Shown here piece by piece: positions 1 through 10,165 of a DNA stretch of 64,000 nt. Source of the stretch: Desulfobulbaceae bacterium. GTDB taxonomy: Bacteria > Desulfobacterota > Desulfobulbia > Desulfobulbales > SURF-16. Below the pieces are notes generated by a model. It worked only from the letters and a program-made list of their open reading frames with translations. It was not told the DNA's origin and ran no database searches. The stretch covers positions 74,087 through 138,086 of the forward strand of contig JAHLLM010000003.1 in the NCBI GenBank assembly GCA_020444175.1, written 5' to 3'. A program made the position numbers and the translations under genes. The first letter of the stretch is position 1, and the number at the start of each line of letters is the position of its first letter.

Positions 1-96
1 ATAGTGAGCTTATTTGTAGGATTTAAAATAAAAAAATCCGATACGTTCCGAAAATTTGCACGTAAAGGATTTAGCAAAAAAGCACAGGCCTGATCC

Positions 97-2595
97 TTGT
101 TCAATACGGTTAAACAATTTGCCCACCAGCTTATTTCCCCCCAGGGAGCAAGCCGGGCAAAATATGAAATTTTTAAAAATCTCCTTAAGCATGACAGGCG
201 ATGCCATGAACTGCTCGCCGAACTTGAAGAACTCTATTATCACCATGAAAAGGTGGACATCAATGTAATTTCCCGCCTTTTCTCTGACCTTTCATCCTCT
301 GTTTCGGCAATGGTGGCGAGCCTGACGCAACTTGCTCCGGGCTCCTACGTAAACTTGAGGGACTATTATAAAAAATTTGATTTTTATGCACGCTTTGCCC
401 TTTCCCCGCCTGAAATCGATATCTCGCCGCCGTTCACCCTCTCTCTGGACGGTTTTTACCACAACGATCTTCAGGTGGGGGGCAAGGGCTTTCATCTTTG
501 CCAGCTTAAACGGCAACTGGGTCTGCCGGTGCCTCACGGTTTCATTATCTCCACCTCGGCATACAACGCTCTCATTGAATCAAACAAGCTGAGACCACGT
601 ATTTACGATACCCTTGCAACTCTTGATGCAACCTCCTCTTCCTCTTTAAAACAAGCATCCGACAAACTGAGGCAATACGTGCTGTCAGCACACATTCCCG
701 CTGACTTGAAAATAGACATTTTCTCCTCTTTTAAGAACTTACAGGCTGTGGCCTCGTGTCCTTACTTTGCTTTACGCAGCAGCGCAGTCAGCGAAGACTC
801 TCACATTTCCTTTGCAGGTCAATACGAATCCGTTTTGCAGGTCACGGAGGACAAACTGCTGGAGGCTTACAAACAGGTGCTTGCCGGCAAATTTTCACAT
901 CAGGCTCTTTCCTATCGCATCAACAACGGCCTGATCGATGATGCTACTCCAATGGCTGTTCTTGTCCTTGAAATGGTTGATGCGCACAAAAGCGGGGTTA
1001 TGACCTCCCGCGACCCCATGCACAGTGATGATGATGCCATCCTCATCCATTCCGTGAAAGGACTGGGCGAGGCACTGGTGGGAGGCAGGACATCACCGCA
1101 CACAACCATAATCAGAAAGGGAAGTCTCGGAGTTACGGAGGAACATCACTCGTCATTCGAAGAACAAAACGATGATGATGCCCATAACAACCAGCCTTCT
1201 CCCCTTTCATCAGAACAGAACATGCTTCTTGCCGCCTGGGCCAGACAGATTGAAACATTTTATCAGGCACCCCAGGAAATAGAATGGTGTGTAAGCAGGG
1301 AAGGTCAGCTTTTTATCCTGCAAACGAGAGCCTTACTGGTTCAAAAAAAACAGATTCACCTGGAAAGACCGCCTGCTGATCAATTTCAAGTTTTACTTCA
1401 AGGCGGGGAAACAGCTTCCCGGGGCGCGGCCTGTGGTCCGGTATACCATATAAGGAACCAGGACCAGTTGGAGACCGTGCCGAGTGGAGCGATCCTTGTT
1501 ACATCCGTCACACCTCCTTCCTCTGTATCAGTTTTACGGACGATTTCCGGTGTGGTGGCGGAGATGGGAAGCGTAGCTGACCATTTTTCTTCCGTGGCAC
1601 GGGAGTACGGAGTCCCGGTGCTCGTCAAAACAGGAATGGCTTGCCGGAAACTGCCGCAGGAAAAGATCGTGACACTCTGGGCCGATGAAAAAATGATTTA
1701 TGACGGTCATGTCGATTCTCTTCTTGAGACAAGGGCATTGCATTTGGAAGACCAAGACCAGAGCCCCTTCACGCGCGCCCTTAACATGGTAGTGCAATTC
1801 GTTTCTCCGCTCAAGCTTGTCAACCCTGCCGATCCCCTGTTTGTTCCGGAGAGCTGCCGCTCCTTTCATGACATTATCCGCTTTGCCCATGAAAAGGCTG
1901 TACTTGCCATGTTTTCCCAGACCAAAGGAGGCCTGATTCGCAAAGGCGGAGCAAAACCCCTTACATCAAAAGTACCGCTGAGTCTTTTCGTTATAGACGT
2001 TGGAGGCGGTATTGCCCCCCAGGCAAAGGAAAAAAGCAATCTCCAAATAACAGATATTCATTCCAAGCCGCTGCTTGCCGTCTGGAAAGGGATCACAAAT
2101 CAGAGAGTTGACTGGAGCAGGCATGATCATTTTGACTGGAAAACATTTGACGAAATCAACCTGGCCGGAGGCATTGCCAGCAAAAAGGATTCATCATTTG
2201 CAAGTTATGCCATAATTTCAAACGATTACCTCAACTTAAACATCAGATTCGGCTATCATTTCGCCATTCTTGATTCCCTCTGCGGCAAAATTCCGGAAGG
2301 AAATTACATTCTGCTGCGATTTGCCGGGGGTGGCGGGGACTTTACGGGAAGGTCTCTGCGCCTGCGATTCATCCAGTCCATCCTGCAGAAACTTGATTTT
2401 ATCACATATCAAAAAGGAGATTTGCTCGACGCCAGGCTGATGCGCTATGATAAGAAAGTCACTGCTGAAAAACTTGACATGCTGGGCCGTCTGCTCGGGG
2501 CCACCAGACTTATGGATATGGTCCTCAAAGACGAACGGATGGTGGAACGACTTGTGGAAGAATTCATGCAGGGCAGGTATGACTTTTCAGGATAA
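97..2595 (+). CDS. PEP-utilising dikinase-like enzyme (ATP-grasp PPDK_N domain, swivelling phosphohistidine domain, non-canonical C-terminal domain)
   Basis: 832-aa ORF. GGKGFHLCQLKRQLGLPVPHGFIISTSAY resembles the nucleotide-binding motif of pyruvate phosphate/water dikinases. GSVADHFSSVAREYGVPVLV resembles the mobile His domain. The C-terminal ~330 aa is not recognisable to me as the PEP/pyruvate TIM barrel. Confidence 0.7.
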   Translation: MFNTVKQFAHQLISPQGASRAKYEIFKNLLKHDRRCHELLAELEELYYHHEKVDINVISRLFSDLSSSVSAMVASLTQLAPGSYVNLRDYYKKFDFYARFALSPPEIDISPPFTLSLDGFYHNDLQVGGKGFHLCQLKRQLGLPVPHGFIISTSAYNALIESNKLRPRIYDTLATLDATSSSSLKQASDKLRQYVLSAHIPADLKIDIFSSFKNLQAVASCPYFALRSSAVSEDSHISFAGQYESVLQVTEDKLLEAYKQVLAGKFSHQALSYRINNGLIDDATPMAVLVLEMVDAHKSGVMTSRDPMHSDDDAILIHSVKGLGEALVGGRTSPHTTIIRKGSLGVTEEHHSSFEEQNDDDAHNNQPSPLSSEQNMLLAAWARQIETFYQAPQEIEWCVSREGQLFILQTRALLVQKKQIHLERPPADQFQVLLQGGETASRGAACGPVYHIRNQDQLETVPSGAILVTSVTPPSSVSVLRTISGVVAEMGSVADHFSSVAREYGVPVLVKTGMACRKLPQEKIVTLWADEKMIYDGHVDSLLETRALHLEDQDQSPFTRALNMVVQFVSPLKLVNPADPLFVPESCRSFHDIIRFAHEKAVLAMFSQTKGGLIRKGGAKPLTSKVPLSLFVIDVGGGIAPQAKEKSNLQITDIHSKPLLAVWKGITNQRVDWSRHDHFDWKTFDEINLAGGIASKKDSSFASYAIISNDYLNLNIRFGYHFAILDSLCGKIPEGNYILLRFAGGGGDFTGRSLRLRFIQSILQKLDFITYQKGDLLDARLMRYDKKVTAEKLDMLGRLLGATRLMDMVLKDERMVERLVEEFMQGRYDFSG

Positions 2596-2633
2596 TTCCA
2601 TCATATTTTTTATAATTTACTTCAAACACTGCC

Positions 2634-3695
2634 ATGTCATACATACTCACCTGGATAACAGACAGCCTGGCGGTTGGCTATGCGCCCATGTCGTATGCCG
2701 AGCTTGACTCTATCAAAGAGCAGGGCATAGATGCCATCGTCAATCTCTGCGGTGAATTCTGCGACCTCCACGAGATAGAGGAAAAGTCCGGCTTTGAGGT
2801 ATTCTTCCTGCCCATACCGGATGAAAATGCCCCGGATATGGCGGAAATGGAGGAAGGACTGCAATGGCTTGACGAGGCGATTTATCTTGGCAAAAAAGTA
2901 CTGGTCCACTGCCGTCACGGCATAGGCAGAACGGGCACCTTTGTCACCGGCTATCTCCTTCGCCGCGGCATGGGCCTGAAGATGGCGGAAAAAAAACTGA
3001 AAAACACCAGGGCCAACCCCAGCAACTTCAGCCAGTGGTGGATGCTCAGGAAATACGGCAAGAAATCAGGCACCCTGACCATCAGGGAGCCGACACTCGA
3101 AAACCGCAACGTAGTTGACTTAAGTCACTTTTTTGCCGAATACGAAGGGCTGGCGGACACTGTTGAAAAAACAATCACCCAAAGGTTGGGCAATAAAAAA
3201 CACCCGCGTTGCGGCATTGATACCTCGCAAGGTTGTTATCGCTATTTTGAACTGCACCTTATCGAGGCCGTTTATCTGAGCAATAAAATGAACAAGATAT
3301 TATCACTCACGGATAGACAGGCGGCCATTGAACGTGCAGTTGCAGTGACCCGCGCCACCCGTGGAATCGTCGACAACTCATCGGCCGCAACCAAAGAGGA
3401 TCTGGTATCAGAGTACGGACAGCTGAACCAGCTTTGCCCCTTAAACGTCAACGGCTCCTGCATTCTGGCCGATTACCGGCCCATAAGCTGCCGCCTCCAT
3501 GGGTTGTCCGCCGATCTGTATGACATTGAACAAATAGAGCGCATTGTGACATCAATTTCCCGTTCGATTTTTCTGGCCCTGGCAGGTATCTTCCCAGGCG
3601 ACCAGCCCTTTCTGGTCTCAAATGCCGATACGGTTTCCGGCAGATTTGCCCAGGTTTATTTTCACTATCTTCTGTCTCTGAACCAGGAACAATGA
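2634..3695 (+). CDS. Dual-specificity (Cys-based) protein phosphatase domain fused to a YkgJ/UPF0153-like Cys-cluster domain
   Basis: 353-aa ORF. VHCRHGIGRTG is an HCx5R P-loop. The C-terminal CPLNVNGSCILADYRPISCRLHG resembles the second half of the CxxCxxCC zinc/iron-chelating family. It lies 38 nt after the dikinase gene, and its stop overlaps the next start (ATGA at 3692-3695). Confidence 0.65.
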   Translation: MSYILTWITDSLAVGYAPMSYAELDSIKEQGIDAIVNLCGEFCDLHEIEEKSGFEVFFLPIPDENAPDMAEMEEGLQWLDEAIYLGKKVLVHCRHGIGRTGTFVTGYLLRRGMGLKMAEKKLKNTRANPSNFSQWWMLRKYGKKSGTLTIREPTLENRNVVDLSHFFAEYEGLADTVEKTITQRLGNKKHPRCGIDTSQGCYRYFELHLIEAVYLSNKMNKILSLTDRQAAIERAVAVTRATRGIVDNSSAATKEDLVSEYGQLNQLCPLNVNGSCILADYRPISCRLHGLSADLYDIEQIERIVTSISRSIFLALAGIFPGDQPFLVSNADTVSGRFAQVYFHYLLSLNQEQ

Positions 3696-5119
3696 AACAG
3701 CATACCGACCAAAAGCGCCAGCTTGTCATGATAGTTGACGATGAACCAGATATGCTCAACATGCTTCGTCTTGTCGTTACCAAACAATGCGACTGTGATG
3801 TGGAACTGGCCTCATCCGGGCAGATTGCGCTCAACAGGCTTGAAAGCTGCCGTCCCGATGTTATTGTCACGGACATCAAGATGCCGGACCTTGACGGCCT
3901 GACCCTGCTGCAACAGATAAGAAAGTTTGACGGGACCATTTCCGTGATTATCATGACCGGTTACGGAACCATAGAAATGGCAGTGCAGGCTCTGAAAGAC
4001 GGAGCTTATGATTTCCTGCAGAAGCCCTTTGACAAGGAACATATCGTCCGTGTCATAAACAACTGTCTTGAACGCACCCGCCTTTTACGGGACAACCGCT
4101 CTCTCCAGGAGAAGCTGAATACCGTTTCTCCCCCTGGTCCTCTTGGCTTCATTGGCAATTCGCCTCCTCTTCGCCAGGCCCTTGAACTCATTTCCAAGGT
4201 TGCCGATACCGATGTCACTGTTCTTATCCGAGGGGAAAGCGGCACCGGCAAGGAAGGGGCTGCCAGAGCGCTCCACAATTTAAGCACCCGTCGCGATCAA
4301 AAAATGATCACCGTCAACTGCCCGGCCTTACCGGAACAGATCCTGGAAAGCGAACTTTTCGGTTACTGCAAGGGCGCTTTTACCGGGGCTAACAAAGACA
4401 AAAAAGGACTTTTTCTGGAAGCGGATCATTCCACTCTTCTCCTTGACGAGATTGCGGATATCCCTGTATCGATCCAGACAAAACTGCTTCGCGTCCTGCA
4501 GGAAAAAGAGATTCAGCCCCTGGGCCAGAACGAAAGCATCAAGGTTGATGTTCGCGTTGTTGCCTCCACCAACCAGAATCTAGAAGAAAAAATGCTGGCC
4601 GGCGAATTCCGGGAAGATCTCTTTTACCGATTGAACGTGGTCACCGTTACCATGCCTACCTTAAGTGAAATGCATGAAGACATTCCCCTTCTTGTCCACC
4701 ATTTCCTGCGCCGTTTCAGGAAAGAATTTGATCACCCCAAACTATCCATCAACCCTGAAGCAGTCAGCTATCTCCACAACAAGGTCTGGCCGGGAAACGT
4801 TCGCGAGCTGGAGAACAGCATCAAAAGAGCGGTTCTCCTTGAGCCGGGTGACTTAATAACGATGGAAAGCCTCTGTAATCTGAACAACGCCCCCTGCCCC
4901 AAACCAAAATGTCCTGATCCCAGAGATTTTTCCCAAATGCCATACAAAGAGGCAAAAGCAGAGGTTATGAAAATTTTCTCCACCGCCTACCTGAACGACC
5001 TCCTGGTAAGAAACCAAGGCAACGTCACTGCCGCAGCAAAAGAAAGCGGACTTGAAAGGCAGGCCTTCCAGCGCATCATGCGCCGCTACGGCATACGCTC
5101 AACAGACTTCAGAAGTTAA
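3692..5119 (+). CDS. Sigma-54-dependent response regulator (REC + AAA+ + Fis-type HTH, NtrC family)
   Basis: REC with DDEPD...D, Walker A GESGTGKE, GAFTGA loop (KGAFTGA) and a C-terminal HTH (NVTAAAKESGLERQAFQRIMRRYG). Confidence 0.9.
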   Translation: MKQHTDQKRQLVMIVDDEPDMLNMLRLVVTKQCDCDVELASSGQIALNRLESCRPDVIVTDIKMPDLDGLTLLQQIRKFDGTISVIIMTGYGTIEMAVQALKDGAYDFLQKPFDKEHIVRVINNCLERTRLLRDNRSLQEKLNTVSPPGPLGFIGNSPPLRQALELISKVADTDVTVLIRGESGTGKEGAARALHNLSTRRDQKMITVNCPALPEQILESELFGYCKGAFTGANKDKKGLFLEADHSTLLLDEIADIPVSIQTKLLRVLQEKEIQPLGQNESIKVDVRVVASTNQNLEEKMLAGEFREDLFYRLNVVTVTMPTLSEMHEDIPLLVHHFLRRFRKEFDHPKLSINPEAVSYLHNKVWPGNVRELENSIKRAVLLEPGDLITMESLCNLNNAPCPKPKCPDPRDFSQMPYKEAKAEVMKIFSTAYLNDLLVRNQGNVTAAAKESGLERQAFQRIMRRYGIRSTDFRS

Positions 5120-5149
5120 ATCAATCAGGGCATTCCACTTTTTCATCTG

Positions 5150-5182
5150 CAGACAGGCAGCAGGTCTGTTTTCGGTTTTTTA
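5150..5182 (+). terminator. Candidate rho-independent terminator after the sigma-54 regulator gene
   Basis: The short stem cagac...gtctg is followed by ttttcggtttttt, 31 nt after the stop codon. The stem is only ~5 bp. Confidence 0.4.
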
Positions 5183-5270
5183 TTCTTTCAGGGCCAGGAA
5201 AGAGAATAGTTACTTCTGTAATTAATTCAAAAATTTGCCTCTATACAATTCTCAGTAGCCAACCTCTAGA

Positions 5271-5333
5271 CTCCCGCCTCCGCGGGAGTGACGGCGGGCT
5301 TGGTTATGTCATTCCCGCGGAGGCGGGAATCCA
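5271..5333. repeat. Pair of inverted REP-like GC-rich hairpins (ATTCCC-N8-GGGAAT type)
   Basis: ctcccgcCTCCgcgggag (5271-5288) and attcccgcGGAGgcgggaat (5311-5330) are each self-complementary. Their cores (tcccgcctccgcggga and tcccgcggaggcggga) are reverse complements of each other. Confidence 0.6.
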
Positions 5334-5523
5334 GTATTGGAAACTTGACGACAGGAAAGTGGCAATTTTTAACTGCGAATTGTTTATAACCATATTTAAA
5401 AATTAATTTGATAAGACCCGGGAAAATACGATACGATAACAAGCGACACGGTGGTTAGGTTTTCCCTCCCCCCTTTCCTGACAACAAAATATAGCGACCT
5501 GTCGGTTCCAGAGCTTTTTTACC

Positions 5524-8163
5524 ATGAGGGGCATAAATCCGAATCCATCACGTTTCAGCAATTCATTCCTTTTTATGGACAAAAACGCCATGCATGCTCG
5601 CAGTTTTCCTGAAAAATTCCGTTATCATCCTATACCATATGTCATGGCCGCTCTGCTTATGGGATTTGTCCTCATTACCGCATACTACTCCTTTGCCGTC
5701 GGAGAACGCATGAGCAGGGAATATTCGCCCCAAATTACTGCCGCCATGAAAGCCAAACAGTATGCCACTACGGCCCATCTCTGGTTTGAAGAGGTTATCA
5801 GCGGAGACCGCACAGAAAGCATTAAAAATGTCCTGGAATTACTGTCTCAGTCAGACTGGTATGCCGGAGTCCTGCTTGAAGGGGGAGAAAACCAGACCGA
5901 AACCTATCTTCCATTGCGAAATCAAACACTAAGACAGAATGTAGAAGAGTTGCGGTCAAAAATTGCATCTTTCCGGGATATCACCACCCAGAGATGGGAA
6001 AACCAGACTATGTCGGGAATCGGTTCAGACATTGATCAGCGTTATGACCTGTTGTTTAAAAACTTTATTGCCCAGGCCGATCGTGTGGAAAACAATCTGC
6101 AGAAAATGATAAAAGAAGATCTGAAAAATTTTCGTTTAAACTCATTTATCCTGTTCATAACAAGTCTTGTCCTGGCAGCTCTCACCTTCTTGCTCTTTAT
6201 AAGACTAGAGAGGCAACGCAAATCCGACTTTATTGAAATCGCCACTGCCCGTGACAAACTTGACACAAACAGAAAACGACTGCACACGACCATGCAGTGC
6301 ATGGGTGACGCCCTCATTGCCACCGATACCCTTGGAAAAGTGACCTACATGAATCCGGTGGCTGTTTCACTCACAGGCTGGGGACAGGAGGAGGCAATCG
6401 GCCAGGATGTCCATAAAATTTTTAACATCATCAACCAACATACAAGAAAACCAGTAACAAACCCTGTTCAGGAAGTCATCCGCAAAAAAATTGTCGTCGG
6501 CCTTGCCAACCACACCGTGCTTATAGCAAAAGACGGCAGTGAATATCCTATTGCCGACAGCGGCGCCCCTATCATTGATCACAGGGGAGAATTTGTGGGA
6601 GTTGTTCTGGTATTCCATGATGTAACCGAGCAATATCAGGCCCAGGAAGCAACAGCACGGAGCGAGACGCGCTACCGGGCTCTTTTTAACGGCATGAACA
6701 GTGGAGTGTATATTCTGGAAACAAATGACAACGCCCACACCTTTACCTTTATCGATATCAACAAATCGGCGGAAAGAATTGAACAGGTAACACGAGAAAA
6801 CGTTATTGGCAAAGATATCCTGCAAATTTTCCCAGGGACAAAGGATTGCGAACTGTTTAATGCCCTAACCGGAGTATGGCAAAGTGGTCAGCCAAAACAT
6901 CTTCCTGCCGTGCACTACCAGGATGACAGAATTTCAGGATGGCGGGAAATACTGATCTACAAACTGCCCACCAATGAACTGGTGGTGCTGTCTGAAGACC
7001 TGACAGAACGAAAACGAATCGAACAGGATCTGCGTCAGGCCCAGAAAATGGAGGCAATAGGAACTCTTGCCGGCGGCATTGCCCATGATTTCAATAACAT
7101 GCTCAATGTCATCATCGGCAATGCAGAACTTGCAGATCTGGACATCCCGGACGACAGCCCTCTTCAGGAAAATATCGATGGTATTCTTCATGCCGGTATG
7201 CGGGCTGCCAACCTTGTTAAACAGATTCTTGCCTTCAGCAGACAGGAATCCAGAGATTTCAAACCCCTGCAGCTGCAGCCAGTGGTAAAAGAAGCGATGC
7301 GCCTGTTACGAGGTGTCCTGCCAACCACCATTGAAATAAAAAATGATATTGAACCTGGGGTGCAAAATATTCTCGCCAATGTTACCCAGATCCATCAGGT
7401 TATAATGAACATCTGCACCAATGCCTCCCACGCCATGCGGGAAAACGGCGGCATACTCACGGTTTCCCTGCGGGAGATTTCTCTTGATGCCACGCAAATG
7501 AAGCTCCACAAGCTTCCTCCTGGACGATATATGCAGCTCAAAATAGCCGACACGGGCTGCGGCATGAATAAGGCGACCCTTGAGCACATCTTTGAACCTT
7601 ATTTCACCACAAAGGGAATAGGCGAAGGGACAGGACTGGGGCTGGCAACCGCCCATGGCATTGTCAAAAAGCACCAGGGGAATATTGAAGTGGAAAGCGA
7701 GCCGGGCAAAGGATCAACTTTTACCATCTCCTTCCCGATCATTGCTGAAGAAAAAACACGTAAGCATGACAACAAACAAGACGGGTCCCTTGCCAGAATA
7801 GAAGGACATGTCATGCTTGTCGATGATGAAGAAACCCTTACCAGACTGGGAACAAAAATATTGGAAAGATTAGGATGTACGGTTACGGCATTTACCAGCA
7901 GCACTGAAGCTCTGAAGCACTTTACAGATCACACTTCAGACTATCAGGCCATTCTCACCGACCAGACCATGCCGAACCTGACCGGATTACAACTTGCAAA
8001 ATCCATTCATAAAATTAACCCTGGAATTCCCATCATTCTCTGTACCGGTTACAGTGATTTAGTTGACGAAAAACTCGCCAGGGACTCAGGGCTTCAGGAA
8101 TTTCTGATGAAACCCTTATCCATGAAAGAGCTTTCCGAAAAGCTGGGCAAACTGCTTTCATAA
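5524..8163 (+). CDS. Hybrid sensor histidine kinase (2 TM + periplasmic domain, PAS x2, HisKA, HATPase_c, C-terminal REC)
   Basis: H-box GGIAHDFNNML, G-boxes DTGCGM and GTGLGLA, C-terminal receiver (LVDDEE...TDQTMP). The start is uncertain, with in-frame Met at codons 18 and 23. Confidence 0.9.
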   Translation: MRGINPNPSRFSNSFLFMDKNAMHARSFPEKFRYHPIPYVMAALLMGFVLITAYYSFAVGERMSREYSPQITAAMKAKQYATTAHLWFEEVISGDRTESIKNVLELLSQSDWYAGVLLEGGENQTETYLPLRNQTLRQNVEELRSKIASFRDITTQRWENQTMSGIGSDIDQRYDLLFKNFIAQADRVENNLQKMIKEDLKNFRLNSFILFITSLVLAALTFLLFIRLERQRKSDFIEIATARDKLDTNRKRLHTTMQCMGDALIATDTLGKVTYMNPVAVSLTGWGQEEAIGQDVHKIFNIINQHTRKPVTNPVQEVIRKKIVVGLANHTVLIAKDGSEYPIADSGAPIIDHRGEFVGVVLVFHDVTEQYQAQEATARSETRYRALFNGMNSGVYILETNDNAHTFTFIDINKSAERIEQVTRENVIGKDILQIFPGTKDCELFNALTGVWQSGQPKHLPAVHYQDDRISGWREILIYKLPTNELVVLSEDLTERKRIEQDLRQAQKMEAIGTLAGGIAHDFNNMLNVIIGNAELADLDIPDDSPLQENIDGILHAGMRAANLVKQILAFSRQESRDFKPLQLQPVVKEAMRLLRGVLPTTIEIKNDIEPGVQNILANVTQIHQVIMNICTNASHAMRENGGILTVSLREISLDATQMKLHKLPPGRYMQLKIADTGCGMNKATLEHIFEPYFTTKGIGEGTGLGLATAHGIVKKHQGNIEVESEPGKGSTFTISFPIIAEEKTRKHDNKQDGSLARIEGHVMLVDDEETLTRLGTKILERLGCTVTAFTSSTEALKHFTDHTSDYQAILTDQTMPNLTGLQLAKSIHKINPGIPIILCTGYSDLVDEKLARDSGLQEFLMKPLSMKELSEKLGKLLS

Positions 8164-8247
8164 ATTTTTGATTGAGGCACATCCCGATATCAGCTAAGTC
8201 CTCAGTCCTTATCCGCTTTCCGCTTCACGCCTCACACCTCACAGTCA

Positions 8248-8934
8248 TTAATGCGTCATGCACTCGCCATCTTTGACGACAAGAGTGCGTCCGGCATACC
8301 CGCAATTTTCAGCATTATGCGTTACCATAATAATGGTTAAACCTTCCTCCTCATTAAGCTGCTGAAGGAGGCGCATAATTTCATCAGCTGTTTCGCTGTC
8401 AAGGTTGCCGGTGGGCTCATCGGCAAGTAAGATTGGAGGCCGATTGACAATTGCCCTGGCAATGGCGACTCTCTCCTGCTCTCCTCCGGAAAGCTGGTCA
8501 GGCAGTCTATCGGCTTTTGCCAGCAACCCGACCTTGGCAAGAACCTCCCTGGCCATCCTGTTCTGTTCTTTGGCGGCAATACCGGTTATAGCCATGGGCA
8601 TCTTGACGTTTTCCAGAACAGTGAGATAGGAAATAAGCTGAAAGGACTGAAAAATTATGCCTATATATTCACTGCGAAAATCCGCTCTCTGCTCACTGTT
8701 CAGGGCGTACACATCCAGGGTATCCACCAGAACCTCTCCCCTGCTTGGATGATTGAGTCCGCCAAGAATGGAAAGCAGTGTGCTTTTCCCTGAACCTGAT
8801 TGCCCCATGATGCCCACGAAATCACCGTCGTCCACATAAAAATCCATCTTGCGGATAGCATCCACTTTGCTGTCGGCTATCTGGTATTCTTTTCCTATAT
8901 CCCGAATTTCAATAAGGTGTTCCACTGTTTTCAT
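8248..8934 (-). CDS. ABC transporter ATP-binding protein (MacB/LolD-like)
   Basis: Walker [10 protein letters not shown], signature LSGGEQERV, Walker B ILLADEP. Start moved to MKTVEH because AGGAGA sits 5 nt upstream. Confidence 0.9.
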   Translation of the reverse strand: MKTVEHLIEIRDIGKEYQIADSKVDAIRKMDFYVDDGDFVGIMGQSGSGKSTLLSILGGLNHPSRGEVLVDTLDVYALNSEQRADFRSEYIGIIFQSFQLISYLTVLENVKMPMAITGIAAKEQNRMAREVLAKVGLLAKADRLPDQLSGGEQERVAIARAIVNRPPILLADEPTGNLDSETADEIMRLLQQLNEEEGLTIIMVTHNAENCGYAGRTLVVKDGECMTH

Positions 8935-9007
8935 ACCATTCTCCTGCTGAGTCAGACATTCGTTGCTCAGTCCTGAGACCATAGACCTTAGTCCTCGGTC
9001 ATTGGAT

Positions 9008-10165
9008 CTACAATGCCCTTAAGGCAACACTTGGATCAAGATTACTTCCTTTCTGGGCAGGGTAGAGACTTGCCAGCAGGCTGAGGGAAATGGACAGCAA
9101 GACGGCAACCAATGCCAAGGAAAGGTTAATCCCTGCAAAACTTCCTCCGGGAGTCACAAGAGGAAGAACGGCCCAGGCAATTATGTTACCCCCTGCAACA
9201 CCCAAAATTCCGCCGAAAAATCCGACCACAATGGCTTCAAGGAGAATGATCTGCATGACATGCCCTTTTCGAAAGCCAATAGCCCGAAAAATGCCAATCT
9301 CCCGTGTCCGTTCATTGACCGCGCCCATCATGGTAACGAAAACAAGTAAAGAACCGATAAAAACGACAAGACTGGCAATGCCGAAACTGAACGCCTTGAA
9401 GAGCTCAATGGACTGCATCTTTGACATGACCGCCTGCTTTAATGCCGTCACCTTGGCGTCGGGAAATTTCTCGGCAATCTGCAGAACCATCTCGGTAATC
9501 GGGCAGTCACGGCAGAAAGCGGCGATTTCAACCATGGAAACTTTTCCTTCCTTGCCCAGCACCTTTTGCATGGCGTGAAGATCGCCAATCACAATACTGT
9601 CTTCAGTCGCCCCGGTGGGCTGCAGGATTGCGGCAACCAGAAAGGTTTCATTTGCAACCTTTAAAGAATCTCCGACGTTTAAATCCAGAGATCGCGCCGC
9701 CTCGGAACCGACAATAACATCCCCTGGACTTGCAGGAGAATTCCCCATGAGGTGCCACCATGTCTTTAACTGGAGTTCAACTTCAAAATTCACCCCCATG
9801 AACAGCACGTCACGCCCCTGGACCTGTGCGGCACCGAGCACCTTAGGTGCCACTGCCCCAAGATTGTTATTGTTCTCTATTTCACGGATACGCTCAAGAT
9901 CCTCCTCCAGAAACTCGTTCACCTCATAGCTGACACCGCCAACAGTAATGCCGCCGTAGCTCAAAGCAAGATTTTCACTTCTGGGCACCATGACGATATT
10001 AGCCCCAAAACGGTCTAACCTGTCTTCGATATCCCTGGTCATACTTTCCGTAATGGACAGCAGGGTGACAATGGTGGCAATGCCGATAAGCAGACCCATG
10101 ACGAGGAAGGTCATTTTGGCCTTTCGGCGCCTGAGATTATTAAAGGAAATATTATAGAGCTTCAA
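9008..10165 (-). CDS. ABC transporter permease, FtsX/MacB-type
   Basis: 385 aa. N-terminal TM, large periplasmic domain, then three C-terminal TM helices with the typical REIGIFRAIGF motif. Confidence 0.85.
   Translation of the reverse strand: MKLYNISFNNLRRRKAKMTFLVMGLLIGIATIVTLLSITESMTRDIEDRLDRFGANIVMVPRSENLALSYGGITVGGVSYEVNEFLEEDLERIREIENNNNLGAVAPKVLGAAQVQGRDVLFMGVNFEVELQLKTWWHLMGNSPASPGDVIVGSEAARSLDLNVGDSLKVANETFLVAAILQPTGATEDSIVIGDLHAMQKVLGKEGKVSMVEIAAFCRDCPITEMVLQIAEKFPDAKVTALKQAVMSKMQSIELFKAFSFGIASLVVFIGSLLVFVTMMGAVNERTREIGIFRAIGFRKGHVMQIILLEAIVVGFFGGILGVAGGNIIAWAVLPLVTPGGSFAGINLSLALVAVLLSISLSLLASLYPAQKGSNLDPSVALRAL

Noticed and set aside
5361-5378. TGGCAATTTTTAACTGC as a sigma-54 promoter for the hybrid kinase
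   Set aside because: The GG-to-GC spacing is 12 nt instead of 10.
8190-8247. Short cctcac/ccgctt low-complexity repeats, with similar strings near 10610 and 20041, as a possible dispersed repeat family
   Set aside because: The copies are short and degenerate with no defined unit or boundaries. I cannot distinguish them from compositional bias.
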